From Patescibacteria group bacterium (GTDB lineage: Bacteria; Patescibacteriota; Dojkabacteria; J137), in the NCBI GenBank assembly GCA_963169855.1, contig CAUJCN010000001.1, positions 81,828 through 145,827 of the forward strand: a DNA stretch of 64,000 nt. Direction: 5' to 3'. Under the pieces are notes generated by a model. That model was not told the DNA's origin. It ran no database searches and was given only the letters and a program-made list of their open reading frames with translations. Position 1 is the first letter of the stretch; each line of letters starts with the position of its first letter. Of the stretch, positions 20,901-29,536 are shown piece after piece. The translations under genes were made by a program, and so were the position numbers.

Positions 20901-23275
20901 ATCTGTAGTATTCCGTCATGTTGTAAAGAGTTGCTTAAATACTGAAGGTTGTTTCCTTGATTAAACATTGTCCAACCAGCACCAGTTATACCGTTCCTTA
21001 ACGAGAAATTATCCACGATTCCTTGGAAATACATATCGTAATAATTTGCTGCACCGTTGAACAATTCAGAGGCAAATGTCAATCTGACTCCATCAGAATC
21101 ATCTCTTATTAAGAACGAATTATTTGTACCTCCTGTTTGTGTATAGAAGAGAGTATCTGAAAATGCTCCTGCAGCGTTTAAGAATCCCGGGCCAGAAGAA
21201 GTAAGTCTCAAACCTTGCACATCTACTTGTAAGTCGTTTCCAGCAGCTGGGCCACCGAAGTTATATGCATCTTGCAGAGTGCCACCACCACCTCCTCCAC
21301 CTCCTAGCTGTACCCAACCAGTGTTAGTTCCTGCTCCAGTTTCTTTAACCCACATCGGCATAGCACCAGATCCAGAAACATCGTAGTAAACACTACCCAT
21401 AAATCCGTCCACAATTCCATTCGGATCTCCATTGCCGACATTGTGAGTCATTGATCCAAAACTATTTCCCATCGAAACAACTCCATAAGGATTGGTTACA
21501 TCATTGTTTTGAATGAATACGGAACCAGTTGTAGATGTTGTAGCAGATGCGCTAATGCCAGTCTGAGCTGTTGAGTAAAAGTTAAGTGACGATGTTGGTC
21601 CTGAAGCAGTAAGACTAACACTAAACGGATCAAAAGATAATGTTCCGAAATCTGAACCTCCTCCGTCTGAAAGTCCTATATTAAAGAATTCGTTTCCTGG
21701 AGAGTCTGCAAAGATTTGATATCCGAATGTTGTAGAAGTGAAATTATTCACATCTACTGAATAAATCATTCCAGTTCCTGTAAATGGACCAAAATCCAGT
21801 CTACCCATAGATACGCCAGCCCCTGCTGTGTTAATTCCAACCCCATCTCCAACAACACTGAATGCTGGGTCATATCCAAAAGGAACAGCGCCTATTGAAT
21901 CTATTAATTCTACGGAACCTGAATCTGTAAATATTGTTCGTCCAGCACCTGGGCCTCCAAAATCGTATGCATCATCAAGAGTTCCACCAGATCCACCTCC
22001 TGCTCCAAGAGCTACCCAACCAGTGTTACTACCATCAGTTGTTTTAACGTACAATTGCTGAGAACCACCGACTCCATCAGTTCTAAAGAAAACGCTTCCA
22101 CTATCTGCATTCTCTACACCTTCCGGATCACCAGTACCAACCAATTGTGTAATTCCACTTCCAGTAGCTGGGTCTAATGATAATACTCTTGATGGATTAG
22201 CCATATTTTGATTTTGTATCAAAACAGCACCTGCGTTTGACTGAGCCTGACCTCTAATTCTTACAGTATCGTTTACAGAAGTTATGAATAAATCCTGATC
22301 TGATTGAATATCCATACCACTTCCGTTTTCAGATTGTATCTGCATTAATCCATTCATCATGAGAATGTTTCCATATCTTGTAGCCCCATCAGAAAATCCT
22401 AATTGGTAAAATTCAGCACCTGGGAATGCAGAGAAAGAATTAAATCCGTAATATCCGTTTGTGAAATTGTTTACATCATCGGCAAACAGTAAGATACTTC
22501 CATCATCACCACCTTGAACATCCATTTTTGCCATCGCAATACCGTTCAGGCTTGAATTGTTTACTGTACCATCTCCGACAATTACAAAAGAAGGATCGTA
22601 TCCTGCAAATCCTCCTGTCTTAACATCGGTAAACTGCACAGCTCCTGCATCTGTAGTAACAATTCTACCTGCTCCTGGACCACCAAAGTCATATGCATCA
22701 TCCAATGTTCCACCTCCGGCAACAGAAACACATGATAATACTGTACCATTCCACGAAAGAGTTTCTCCTAATGCACAGGTAGGAGCATTCAAAGAAATTA
22801 CTCCAGTAGTTGTAATCGTTCCGCCATTCAATCCGTTACCAGCCGTAATACTTGTAATTCCAGAAGAGCCTCCAACTGGTAGGTTTACAGTATTACCGTT
22901 TGTAATTCCTAAAGTATTACCTAATATGTAAAGAGTTTGCTGATCGTCATCATTCGTCGGGTTAGTTGGTGTAGTGGTTCCAGTTACTTCGTCTACACAA
23001 ACAAAGTTCGAACCATCCCATTGAAGTTTATCTGTCGCTTGGTTACAAACGGGAGCACTTAGGGATATAGTTCCTGTAGTTGTAATCGTACCTCCACTTA
23101 ACCCAGCACCTGTTTGAATTCTAATATTTGTACCTCCACTGTTTGATAGATCACCGATTTGATTTGTTAAGTTAGAACGAAGAGAACCTAATACTAATAC
23201 AATTATTAGCGTGATTATTCCAAAACCTAAAATGAACCATTTATTAATACCTATTTGGTTTTCGACATTATCCAT
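17993..23275 (-). CDS. Large membrane-anchored modular tail-fibre-like protein (1760 aa) with Peptidase_S74 chaperone
   Basis: N-terminal TM; six GGTL(D/Q)D(A/S)Y(D/N)FGG motifs; GDPEG..SGS.FFR.DG..LYVK..GW motifs; SDSRLKNTI...GFIAQEV; coiled coil; FNWIAL end. Confidence 0.85.
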   Translation of the reverse strand: MDNVENQIGINKWFILGFGIITLIIVLVLGSLRSNLTNQIGDLSNSGGTNIRIQTGAGLSGGTITTTGTISLSAPVCNQATDKLQWDGSNFVCVDEVTGTTTPTNPTNDDDQQTLYILGNTLGITNGNTVNLPVGGSSGITSITAGNGLNGGTITTTGVISLNAPTCALGETLSWNGTVLSCVSVAGGGTLDDAYDFGGPGAGRIVTTDAGAVQFTDVKTGGFAGYDPSFVIVGDGTVNNSSLNGIAMAKMDVQGGDDGSILLFADDVNNFTNGYYGFNSFSAFPGAEFYQLGFSDGATRYGNILMMNGLMQIQSENGSGMDIQSDQDLFITSVNDTVRIRGQAQSNAGAVLIQNQNMANPSRVLSLDPATGSGITQLVGTGDPEGVENADSGSVFFRTDGVGGSQQLYVKTTDGSNTGWVALGAGGGSGGTLDDAYDFGGPGAGRTIFTDSGSVELIDSIGAVPFGYDPAFSVVGDGVGINTAGAGVSMGRLDFGPFTGTGMIYSVDVNNFTSTTFGYQIFADSPGNEFFNIGLSDGGGSDFGTLSFDPFSVSLTASGPTSSLNFYSTAQTGISASATTSTTGSVFIQNNDVTNPYGVVSMGNSFGSMTHNVGNGDPNGIVDGFMGSVYYDVSGSGAMPMWVKETGAGTNTGWVQLGGGGGGGGTLQDAYNFGGPAAGNDLQVDVQGLRLTSSGPGFLNAAGAFSDTLFYTQTGGTNNSFLIRDDSDGVRLTFASELFNGAANYYDMYFQGIVDNFSLRNGITGAGWTMFNQGNNLQYLSNSLQHDGILQITNAGQTQNSFMNFNNNGGTTEIYSGAGTPENVLFGYQGSIYMRTDGGANEQLYVKTTNNGFNTGWVALGSGGSGGTLDDAYDFGGAGAGRIIDVDSGVVELNATSNAIHATTQNNASNQDIFTASNPNGSGFALQTYVNGGGLWFSDSFGANVARTVYDGSFDNFSITNQANNVFRMTGNSTIIQSTAGLANDPVLTINSNGPFYPTILRLGTTGGAAFVDQLIGTGDPEGGILANSGSVFFRMDGVGGSQQLYVKTTDASVNGWVALGAGAGGTLDDAYDFGGPGAGRIITVDSGAVEINGVNEALLVSTQNIVSNQNIIQGYNTNGSGFELITSPNGGGIRFLDMPNTNFANLTYQGVTDEILLSNDTGTIFRQQGVNTFVIGSSAGSSIMNVTNTSGPGTLRLSGTGANTIDQLVGIGDPEGVHLANSGSLFFRIDGVTNREHLYVKTQDFSTNGWLGIGGGTLDDSYDFGGPGVGRTILADSGAVRIQTVTGGPVVALNIHDNATSAGFDLWTDVGRSMLDFTGTINNELNSNGDLSVNTLSGNLFLNARDYASLITTNNDITIDSAGSLTLGSAAFSTVFFTNGQERMRIANNGNVGIGTSGPNYMFVVEQDVDAQGFVEFRNNNSGLNAASSMMFSNNNAGIGFIQANSTLNGSLGGTESFNVNTMATYPLTLGTNNTVHVFVNGINGNVGIHNVSPTSQLHVGDFLDPALSTVATFENSSGTCTVAPDGAFGSFGCTSDSRLKNTISDYSTSALDTISQLQVRNYYMNNDPSNELKLGFIAQEVQSVVPDLVKVGADGYLQIKVNGFTPYLVKAIQELNEDNIRIQAEIDQLKTQLDGTDVSELQTMASDLNTSLTNIKNDIDSLATNSFDITAINQRISDLENLIQSIPVALSGNATIAGGNNSIRVNFSTPLTKIPSVTITPVGINAVYYGIENVNQNGFDIVIQPVSTSDILFNWIAL

Positions 23276-23396
23276 TAATTAGAAACAGTAATAAGGCCAA
23301 AGCAGAAATGATAAGAATCAATGTAATTCCAACATTTACAATTGAGTAGTTCTTAGACTCTACATCGTATTGCTCATCTTGTTTTTTTGAGGCCAT
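23268..23396 (-). CDS. Unannotated 42-aa single-pass membrane microprotein overlapping the start of the 1760-aa gene
   Basis: MASKKQDEQYDVESKNYSIVNVGITLILIISALALLLFLING*; 8-nt overlap in aATGGATAA; clear paralog at 27380..27517. Confidence 0.85.
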   Translation of the reverse strand: MASKKQDEQYDVESKNYSIVNVGITLILIISALALLLFLING

Positions 23397-23425
23397 GATA
23401 AATAAAAATAAGTTAGTGCTATTAC

Positions 23426-23454
23426 AATATAGAGAAAATAAAGGGACATTTCAA
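23426..23454 (-). promoter_or_regulatory. Sigma70-type promoter for the microprotein/1760-aa unit
   Basis: TTGAAA-17 nt-TATATT on the minus strand. Confidence 0.55.
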
Positions 23455-23472
23455 GAGATATTTGGGAGAATT

Positions 23473-26400
23473 TTAGAGTGTAGCAAAAGCCATCCAGTTA
23501 AAGTCTATGTCAGTTACAGCAGCAGAAAATAGTTTGATCTTAAAACCGAAAGCCGTAACCTCATCAATAAAGTATTCTCCAACTGAAGTATTTGAAGCCA
23601 AAGTTGCAGTAACTATTGGAGCAGAAGTGAGTGGTTTACTAAAAGTTACAGCAATTTCAGATGTTCCACCTAGTATCTTTACTTTTCCGATATTGTTTGC
23701 TGAGAATGTAACTTGGTCTTTAAAATTTACAACTCCAGCAAAAGAAGCACTTAAAAATTCAGAAGTTTCTGCAATCTCTGTTTCTATATTTTCGCTTTCT
23801 AATTCAATTTCCTCTAACCCAGGATACTCTATATTACTTAAAATTTGAGATTTAAATTCTTCATAACTTAATTTGAAATCGTTTAGTTGAGATGTTAAAT
23901 CCGCAAGATTCTGATTAATCCCAGATACATTAACTTCGTTATCATTTTCTGGGAGTGAACCTAACTCTTCCAATTTAGTCTCGATATCTGAAATTACTTT
24001 TTGTTGTTCTTGGATGGAATTTGTTAGTAGAGCAGAGATCAACTCATAGTTAACTCCTTCGATTTCTCCGTTTCGTGAGAATGCCAATCTTGAATCAACT
24101 ACTGCAACTTCCTCCGCAATGAATCCTAGACTTGGAGTTCCCGTAGGATCGAATATAAAACTAACAGGTCTCAAATTCATAAGTTCTTCTAATCCAATTT
24201 CCAAATCCTGAACATCTGATTTATATTTACCAGAAGAAACATTACATACACCGGCTTGAGCTATCATTCTTCCACTCGCATCTAAACATAAATACTGCGT
24301 AGAAGGATTTACAGAACTTACCATACCAGTTAGGTCTATATTCCTTGATTGATGAATTCTAATAACATTTGTACCTGCAATTTGGAAGAACACATCTCCA
24401 TCAACAATACTACCGTCTCCTGATGTTATAACCACGGCTCCTCCAATGCTAGCTGCTGAGCCTCCTGCCGCTATGCTAATATTACCTCCCTGACTTGCTG
24501 ATCCAGCACCTGCTTGTAGCGTAATACCTCCTCCAATTCCTGTACCGCTAGCACTACCCCCCTGCACAAAGAATTCACCTGCAGTACCATTTACAGAAGC
24601 ACCTAGATTAAAGAATGCACCTCCTCCAGTTCCTGTCACATCTGCAGAACCTCCATTGTATGTAAATCGACCAGCAGAATCACTTGAACCTACGGAACCT
24701 CCTCCTGTATTTAATGTTATGTCCCCTCCAGCACCTGCACCTGCTATACCCCCATTTCCAGTATTAATATTTATTCCACCAGCATTTCCTACAGAGTTAG
24801 CTGTTCCAGTAGCAATTGTAATTGTTCCAGAACCAGTATTACCGTTCCCTGTATACATGTTAATATTTCCGGATCCATTAGCTACAGCCGCTGATCCTGT
24901 AGCCATGTTTAAGTCACCTGGAGTTCCAGAGAATGATGAACCTGTTGAGATATTAACGCTTCCCGCTAAACCAACTGTTGCACTACCCCCGTTTATATTT
25001 ACATTTCCTCCTCCCCCCGGTGTGAAAGTGTTATTGTTTCCTCCATTGATATTGACTGTCGCAGCCTGAGAAACCGAAGTATCTGTTCCACCTAATTGAA
25101 TTGATGCACTACTTAGTCCTCCTGCCGAGAAAGATGAGTTAATACTTACATCGCCTCCAGAATTTTGTGTTGAACCAAACAATTGAATACTCGCTGACCC
25201 AATGGTCGAAGATGTATTAATACCTGCCGAAAGCCAAACATTACCGTTTGTTGCAAACGGGTTACTCGATTGACCTCCATTAATATTTATATTTCCTCCA
25301 CTGTATGAAGCACCTGCCGTTAGATTAACATTTCCAGCTGTACCTAAGGCATTTCCAGCGTTGGAAGAATAAATATTTACGCTACCACTGAGCATATCCG
25401 CAAAGCCTGTACTTATATTTACTGTGCCACTAGAACCTGTTCCAGCAGATGAACCTGTTGAGATCGATATCTGACCTGAGTTTCCATTACTAAGTCCATT
25501 CGCAGAACCTGTAGACATAAATATATCCCCAGTCTGGTTTCCGGAAACTCCATTTGCACCGGTATAGATACTTACACTACCACCATCCCCTGAACCATCT
25601 CCGTTACCAGAACCTAAAGCTGCGCTCCTACCACTCCCATTAGAACCAACTAATGCCTCACCCCCATTGACTACAATTCCAGATGCCGATACGAATAAAG
25701 TACCGTAAATATCAGTAGTTGATGAGCCTGCTCCAACAACCATTATATTATTTCCTCCACCTGCATCAGCATACTGAAGGAAACCGTATCCAGGTGTTGT
25801 TGTAAAGTTATCTATATCATTAGAGAATAGAAATGCTGTTGCCTCCGCCCCAGGGAAAGCAGGGTTTATATTTCTAACTATCCCAACTCCAGCTGTCTGT
25901 GAGAAACCTGGTGCCGAACCATCTCCAACAACTTTAAATGCAATTCTTTCATTAAGTGGCACGTTTGCCGAAGGAGATGTTCTTAATTCAACAGCACCTT
26001 GATCCAGATTAATTATTCGGCCAGCTCCTGGACCACCAAAATCATAAGCGTCATCCAAAGTTCCGCCGCCTCCTCCAACGTCCCCAATCGGAACCCATTG
26101 ATTATTATTTACCCCTGCAGTTCCAATATTTGCCCATAATACATTAGCACCTGTTACACCTGTCTGAGAAGCAACATATAAAGATCCCGCATAACCATCG
26201 ACAAATCCATTAGGATCGAGTTCACCTCCTGCAGTAAATTTAATACATCCATAAACTGGAACAGATGGTGCACACAAGTCTAAAATATCATACCCAGATG
26301 TAGATGCACCTATAAGTCTTATTGGCGAGTTACCTGGATCTGTATTCGTACTTCCACCGTAAATGTAAACTTGTTCAATAGCCTGCAAACTAAAATTATT

Positions 26401-27387
26401 ATTTGTCGATAACCCTAATGGTCCACCCGAAGATAAGTTGGTTTCCCCTGAATCAGAAAATTCTAATGCAGATACATTATTAAATGGGGAATCAGCTATT
26501 CCTATTACAAATACATCGTTTAGAGGGTTGATTGGATCATGTTGATATATAAGTGAACCTTGTGACCCAGAAGTATATGTTGATGCATCGGGTCCAAATA
26601 CCTGAATGTAAGCTTCTCCCCCTGGGAAAGTTAAGTTCGTGAAGCCTATACCAGATCCTGCTGTCGTTGTAGTTCCATCTCCTAAAATTTCAAAATCATT
26701 AGCCACTGTTGGGAATATTGTTCCTTGTGTAATAATAGATACAGCTCCAGCGTCAGCAAAAATAGTTCTTCCTACCCCTGGTCCACCAAAATCATACGCA
26801 TCATCCAGAGTTCCACCTCCTGCTGTAGAAATACATGATAGAACTGATCCATTCCATGTTAGTGTTTCGCCAAATGCACAAGCTGGTGCGTTTAGAGCAA
26901 TAGTACCAGTTGTTGTTATCACACCTCCCGATAGTCCAGCCCCTGCTGTAATACTTGTAATACCTGAGGTTCCACCTATTGGAATTGTGACTGTGTTTCC
27001 ATTTGAAATTGTTAAATTTCCTCCTGAATAGAATAGAGTCTGATTGTCAGTCCCTGTAGTAGTAGTAGTTGATGTACTACCAGTGATTTCATCAACACAA
27101 ATAAATGAAGTTCCGTTCCATTGAAGTTTATCGTTTGTTTGATTACAAATTGGTGCGTTTAAAGAAATTGTTCCAGTGTTTGTGATCGTTCCTCCCGACA
27201 AACCAACTCCTGTTTGAATTTGAACATCATTTGATTGGGGAGGAATTGAAATATTATTTAAGTCAGTAGCTATCTTTCCTCTAAAAGAAGACAGCGACAA
27301 AATAACAACAACTACAATTATTCCAGTTATCAAGATGAACCATTTGTTTAATCCAATCTGATTTTGTTGTTCCTCAAGTTTATCCAT
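23473..27387 (-). CDS. Large membrane-anchored tail-fibre-like protein (1304 aa) with Gly-rich beta-solenoid-like repeats and Peptidase_S74-like chaperone
   Basis: N-terminal TM; two TLDDAYDFGG motifs; GG.(V/I).I..G repeats; SSGKYKSDV...LRPV...GFIAEEV; DFNW end. Confidence 0.85.
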   Translation of the reverse strand: MDKLEEQQNQIGLNKWFILITGIIVVVVILSLSSFRGKIATDLNNISIPPQSNDVQIQTGVGLSGGTITNTGTISLNAPICNQTNDKLQWNGTSFICVDEITGSTSTTTTTGTDNQTLFYSGGNLTISNGNTVTIPIGGTSGITSITAGAGLSGGVITTTGTIALNAPACAFGETLTWNGSVLSCISTAGGGTLDDAYDFGGPGVGRTIFADAGAVSIITQGTIFPTVANDFEILGDGTTTTAGSGIGFTNLTFPGGEAYIQVFGPDASTYTSGSQGSLIYQHDPINPLNDVFVIGIADSPFNNVSALEFSDSGETNLSSGGPLGLSTNNNFSLQAIEQVYIYGGSTNTDPGNSPIRLIGASTSGYDILDLCAPSVPVYGCIKFTAGGELDPNGFVDGYAGSLYVASQTGVTGANVLWANIGTAGVNNNQWVPIGDVGGGGGTLDDAYDFGGPGAGRIINLDQGAVELRTSPSANVPLNERIAFKVVGDGSAPGFSQTAGVGIVRNINPAFPGAEATAFLFSNDIDNFTTTPGYGFLQYADAGGGNNIMVVGAGSSTTDIYGTLFVSASGIVVNGGEALVGSNGSGRSAALGSGNGDGSGDGGSVSIYTGANGVSGNQTGDIFMSTGSANGLSNGNSGQISISTGSSAGTGSSGTVNISTGFADMLSGSVNIYSSNAGNALGTAGNVNLTAGASYSGGNININGGQSSNPFATNGNVWLSAGINTSSTIGSASIQLFGSTQNSGGDVSINSSFSAGGLSSASIQLGGTDTSVSQAATVNINGGNNNTFTPGGGGNVNINGGSATVGLAGSVNISTGSSFSGTPGDLNMATGSAAVANGSGNINMYTGNGNTGSGTITIATGTANSVGNAGGININTGNGGIAGAGAGGDITLNTGGGSVGSSDSAGRFTYNGGSADVTGTGGGAFFNLGASVNGTAGEFFVQGGSASGTGIGGGITLQAGAGSASQGGNISIAAGGSAASIGGAVVITSGDGSIVDGDVFFQIAGTNVIRIHQSRNIDLTGMVSSVNPSTQYLCLDASGRMIAQAGVCNVSSGKYKSDVQDLEIGLEELMNLRPVSFIFDPTGTPSLGFIAEEVAVVDSRLAFSRNGEIEGVNYELISALLTNSIQEQQKVISDIETKLEELGSLPENDNEVNVSGINQNLADLTSQLNDFKLSYEEFKSQILSNIEYPGLEEIELESENIETEIAETSEFLSASFAGVVNFKDQVTFSANNIGKVKILGGTSEIAVTFSKPLTSAPIVTATLASNTSVGEYFIDEVTAFGFKIKLFSAAVTDIDFNWMAFATL

Positions 27388-27517
27388 TAATTATAAACAA
27401 TATTAGTAGTATTGCCGAAATGACTAAAACCAGAATTACAGCAGTATTTATTACTGAGAAATTTGAAGACTCATCATAGATTGGAGTAGCTTCTTTTGCA
27501 GTTTTTTGTAGTGCCAT
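27380..27517 (-). CDS. Unannotated 45-aa single-pass membrane microprotein overlapping the start of the 1304-aa gene
   Basis: MALQKTAKEATPIYDESSNFSVINTAVILVLVISAILLILFIING*; aATGGATAA overlap; paralog of 23268..23396. Confidence 0.85.
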   Translation of the reverse strand: MALQKTAKEATPIYDESSNFSVINTAVILVLVISAILLILFIING

Positions 27518-27539
27518 AGTTAAGTAGTAGTGCATATAT

Positions 27540-27568
27540 ACTATAGTAATTTTTTATCCATCTTGCAA
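27540..27568 (-). promoter_or_regulatory. Sigma70-type promoter for the microprotein/1304-aa unit
   Basis: TTGCAA-17 nt-TATAGT on the minus strand; the leader shares GCACTA with the leader downstream of the 23426 promoter. Confidence 0.55.
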
Positions 27569-27620
27569 GTGTGTAAAAAATATTCTGTGATAATATCGAC
27601 TGTATAGTTAATAAAACTCT

Positions 27621-28142
27621 ATGCAACGTCCTGATTGGGAAACCCCTGTAGATACTGTCGAAGAATTTGCTGATTACTTTTGTCTAACTGACTTTGAAGT
27701 TGGGTTTGACCGAATTTCCAAAGATAGGATATTAGCTGGGTTTGTTTTTCAACCGAATCATATACAAGAGTCGGTAATTTTACATGTAGATTTGAATCTT
27801 TCGACCTATGTTTTGGTTACTGACTTCTTTTATCAGAGGAGTCGTAATTGTGTGGATATGCTTGCCTTCCTAACAGCAATTGGAGCTAGGTTTAATACTA
27901 CAGTTTGCCAACAGATCATTCCTCAACAGTTAGAGTTCCCAACTGCCAATGGGTGTTTGTACATGAGTAGGGTGGGTGAGAGTTTCCAATTGAAACTCTT
28001 TACCAATGCGAATAAGAAATCTCGTGATTTTATACTAGACCAGACTCAATTCCTTAAACTTGTCGCAGGTTTCCCTGAGTGGATTACTTCTGAGATCATA
28101 GTAGATGTCATCAATAAAGTAGTATCGCAGGAAGAAGAATAG
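27621..28142 (+). CDS. Hypothetical protein
   Basis: 173-aa ORF; no motif recognised. Confidence 0.55.
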   Translation: MQRPDWETPVDTVEEFADYFCLTDFEVGFDRISKDRILAGFVFQPNHIQESVILHVDLNLSTYVLVTDFFYQRSRNCVDMLAFLTAIGARFNTTVCQQIIPQQLEFPTANGCLYMSRVGESFQLKLFTNANKKSRDFILDQTQFLKLVAGFPEWITSEIIVDVINKVVSQEEE

Positions 28143-28297
28143 CTAAGTGTCCGTATTCCTATGCCTAGTAATTCGAATACATTATTTATACGTAATTATC
28201 CACAGTAATTTGTTGCTAGAGACATGGTGCGAAATTACTCAGAAGAAATTTAGTTAATATAATCCAACACAAAGTGTGCGAATGCAGGACAGTCTTA

Positions 28298-29431
28298 TTA
28301 GATAAGAGAATCCACTACTTGGTTCTGTAAATCCAATCCTTTTTCTGTAAGTTTGATAGTAGTTTCAGAGATCTCTAGAAGACCATTTTTTTGTGAGATT
28401 TTCAGCTTTTCTTCAAAGAATTTGTATAGATCAATCCCGTGTTTTTTATTCATCAAAGTAACATCAATCCCCTTCAAATCTCTCAGCCCAACTAAGAGCA
28501 ATTCAAAAGCCAAGTCAGCACTAGAAAGTTTAATTTCGTTGTACCACTCAGCACTGTCCGAAATTGTCCTAATGTATTTTTCTAGACTCCTTACATTTTC
28601 TTTTCTAACCGAATTTAGTCTTCCTACCGCCGATGCTCCGATGCCAATATAATCGTTTCCTTCCCAAAAATCTAAATTGTGCTGTGATTGAAATCCTGGT
28701 TTAGAGAAATTGGAAATCTCGTATTGTACGTATCCTGAACTACCAAGCATTTCTCTAGCTTTTGCATACATTTGCCTGTTTCCCTCATCTTCGATTTCTG
28801 AATACTTTCCCTTTGCCTTCATTAGACCAAATGTCGAATCGTCTCCAACTTCAAGAGAGTAGGTTGAAATATGGTTCGGATTCATTGCAATCACCTTTTC
28901 TAAAGATTCAATCCATTCCTCAATGTTATGACCTTGAAACCCAAAAATTAGATCTATGTTGAAATTTATGATTCCTAGATCCTTCACAATTTTAATTTTT
29001 TCTACAAATTCTTCATTAGTATATTGCCTTCCAATATCTTTGAGAATCGAATTCTGCCACGCTTGAAGTCCAATACTCAACCTGGTCATGCCTTTTTTAA
29101 GCAGGCGGCTTAATTTATCTTTAGTAATATCCTCTGGGTTAGTTTCTACAGCAAGCTCTTTTAGTTGTGATAGACCAAAATTATCATGTATAAAATCTAT
29201 TAAATCTTCCACTTCTTTAACCTCGACAAAAGATGGAGTACCACCTCCTAAGTAAATCGTTGTAAATCCAGATATTTCATGGCTATCTTTGAACCACAGG
29301 AGTTCTTTTTTCATTGCTGAGAAATAGTCTGCAACTCTTTCTGGAGTCCCCGGACGAATGTAAAAGGAGCAGTATTTACACCTGACCTTGCAGTATGGAA
29401 TATGAATGTATAGGTTTACGTAATTTGACAT
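28298..29431 (-). CDS. hemW: Radical SAM heme chaperone HemW (HemN-like)
   Basis: LYIHIPYCKVRCKYC CxxxCxxC, YLGGGTPS, YEISNF, HN..FW; start moved to MSNYV because TATAAT lies 6 nt upstream. Confidence 0.9.
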   Translation of the reverse strand: MSNYVNLYIHIPYCKVRCKYCSFYIRPGTPERVADYFSAMKKELLWFKDSHEISGFTTIYLGGGTPSFVEVKEVEDLIDFIHDNFGLSQLKELAVETNPEDITKDKLSRLLKKGMTRLSIGLQAWQNSILKDIGRQYTNEEFVEKIKIVKDLGIINFNIDLIFGFQGHNIEEWIESLEKVIAMNPNHISTYSLEVGDDSTFGLMKAKGKYSEIEDEGNRQMYAKAREMLGSSGYVQYEISNFSKPGFQSQHNLDFWEGNDYIGIGASAVGRLNSVRKENVRSLEKYIRTISDSAEWYNEIKLSSADLAFELLLVGLRDLKGIDVTLMNKKHGIDLYKFFEEKLKISQKNGLLEISETTIKLTEKGLDLQNQVVDSLI

Positions 29432-29536
29432 TGACTGATTATACCAATAGATAGCCTTAATCAGTAATTTACTATAGGGCTGGAAACTGACGGTTAAATT
29501 TGCCATCATTTTAGTATTACTTATTACTCAAAGTTT

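Noticed and set aside
5304-27031. Numerous + strand ORFs (60-142 aa) antisense to the giant genes
   Set aside because: Shadow ORFs caused by the G/T/A/N-rich codon bias of the real minus-strand genes; no independent motifs
5159-27387. Prophage or tailocin interpretation of the S74 tail-fibre-like genes
   Set aside because: No capsid, terminase, sheath, baseplate, lysis or integrase genes in the window, and every protein has an N-terminal TM anchor
5159-27387. Diversity-generating retroelement acting on the fibres
   Set aside because: No reverse transcriptase, and I saw no template/variable repeat pair differing only at adenines; the duplicated blocks differ mostly at synonymous sites
29432-29509. 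N-terminal extensions in the ORF track for hemW (similarly msrA, metG, the helicase, the 44874 ORF and the 55576 ORF)
   Set aside because: They run through promoter or neighbouring-gene sequence and precede the conserved domain start; downstream ATGs were used
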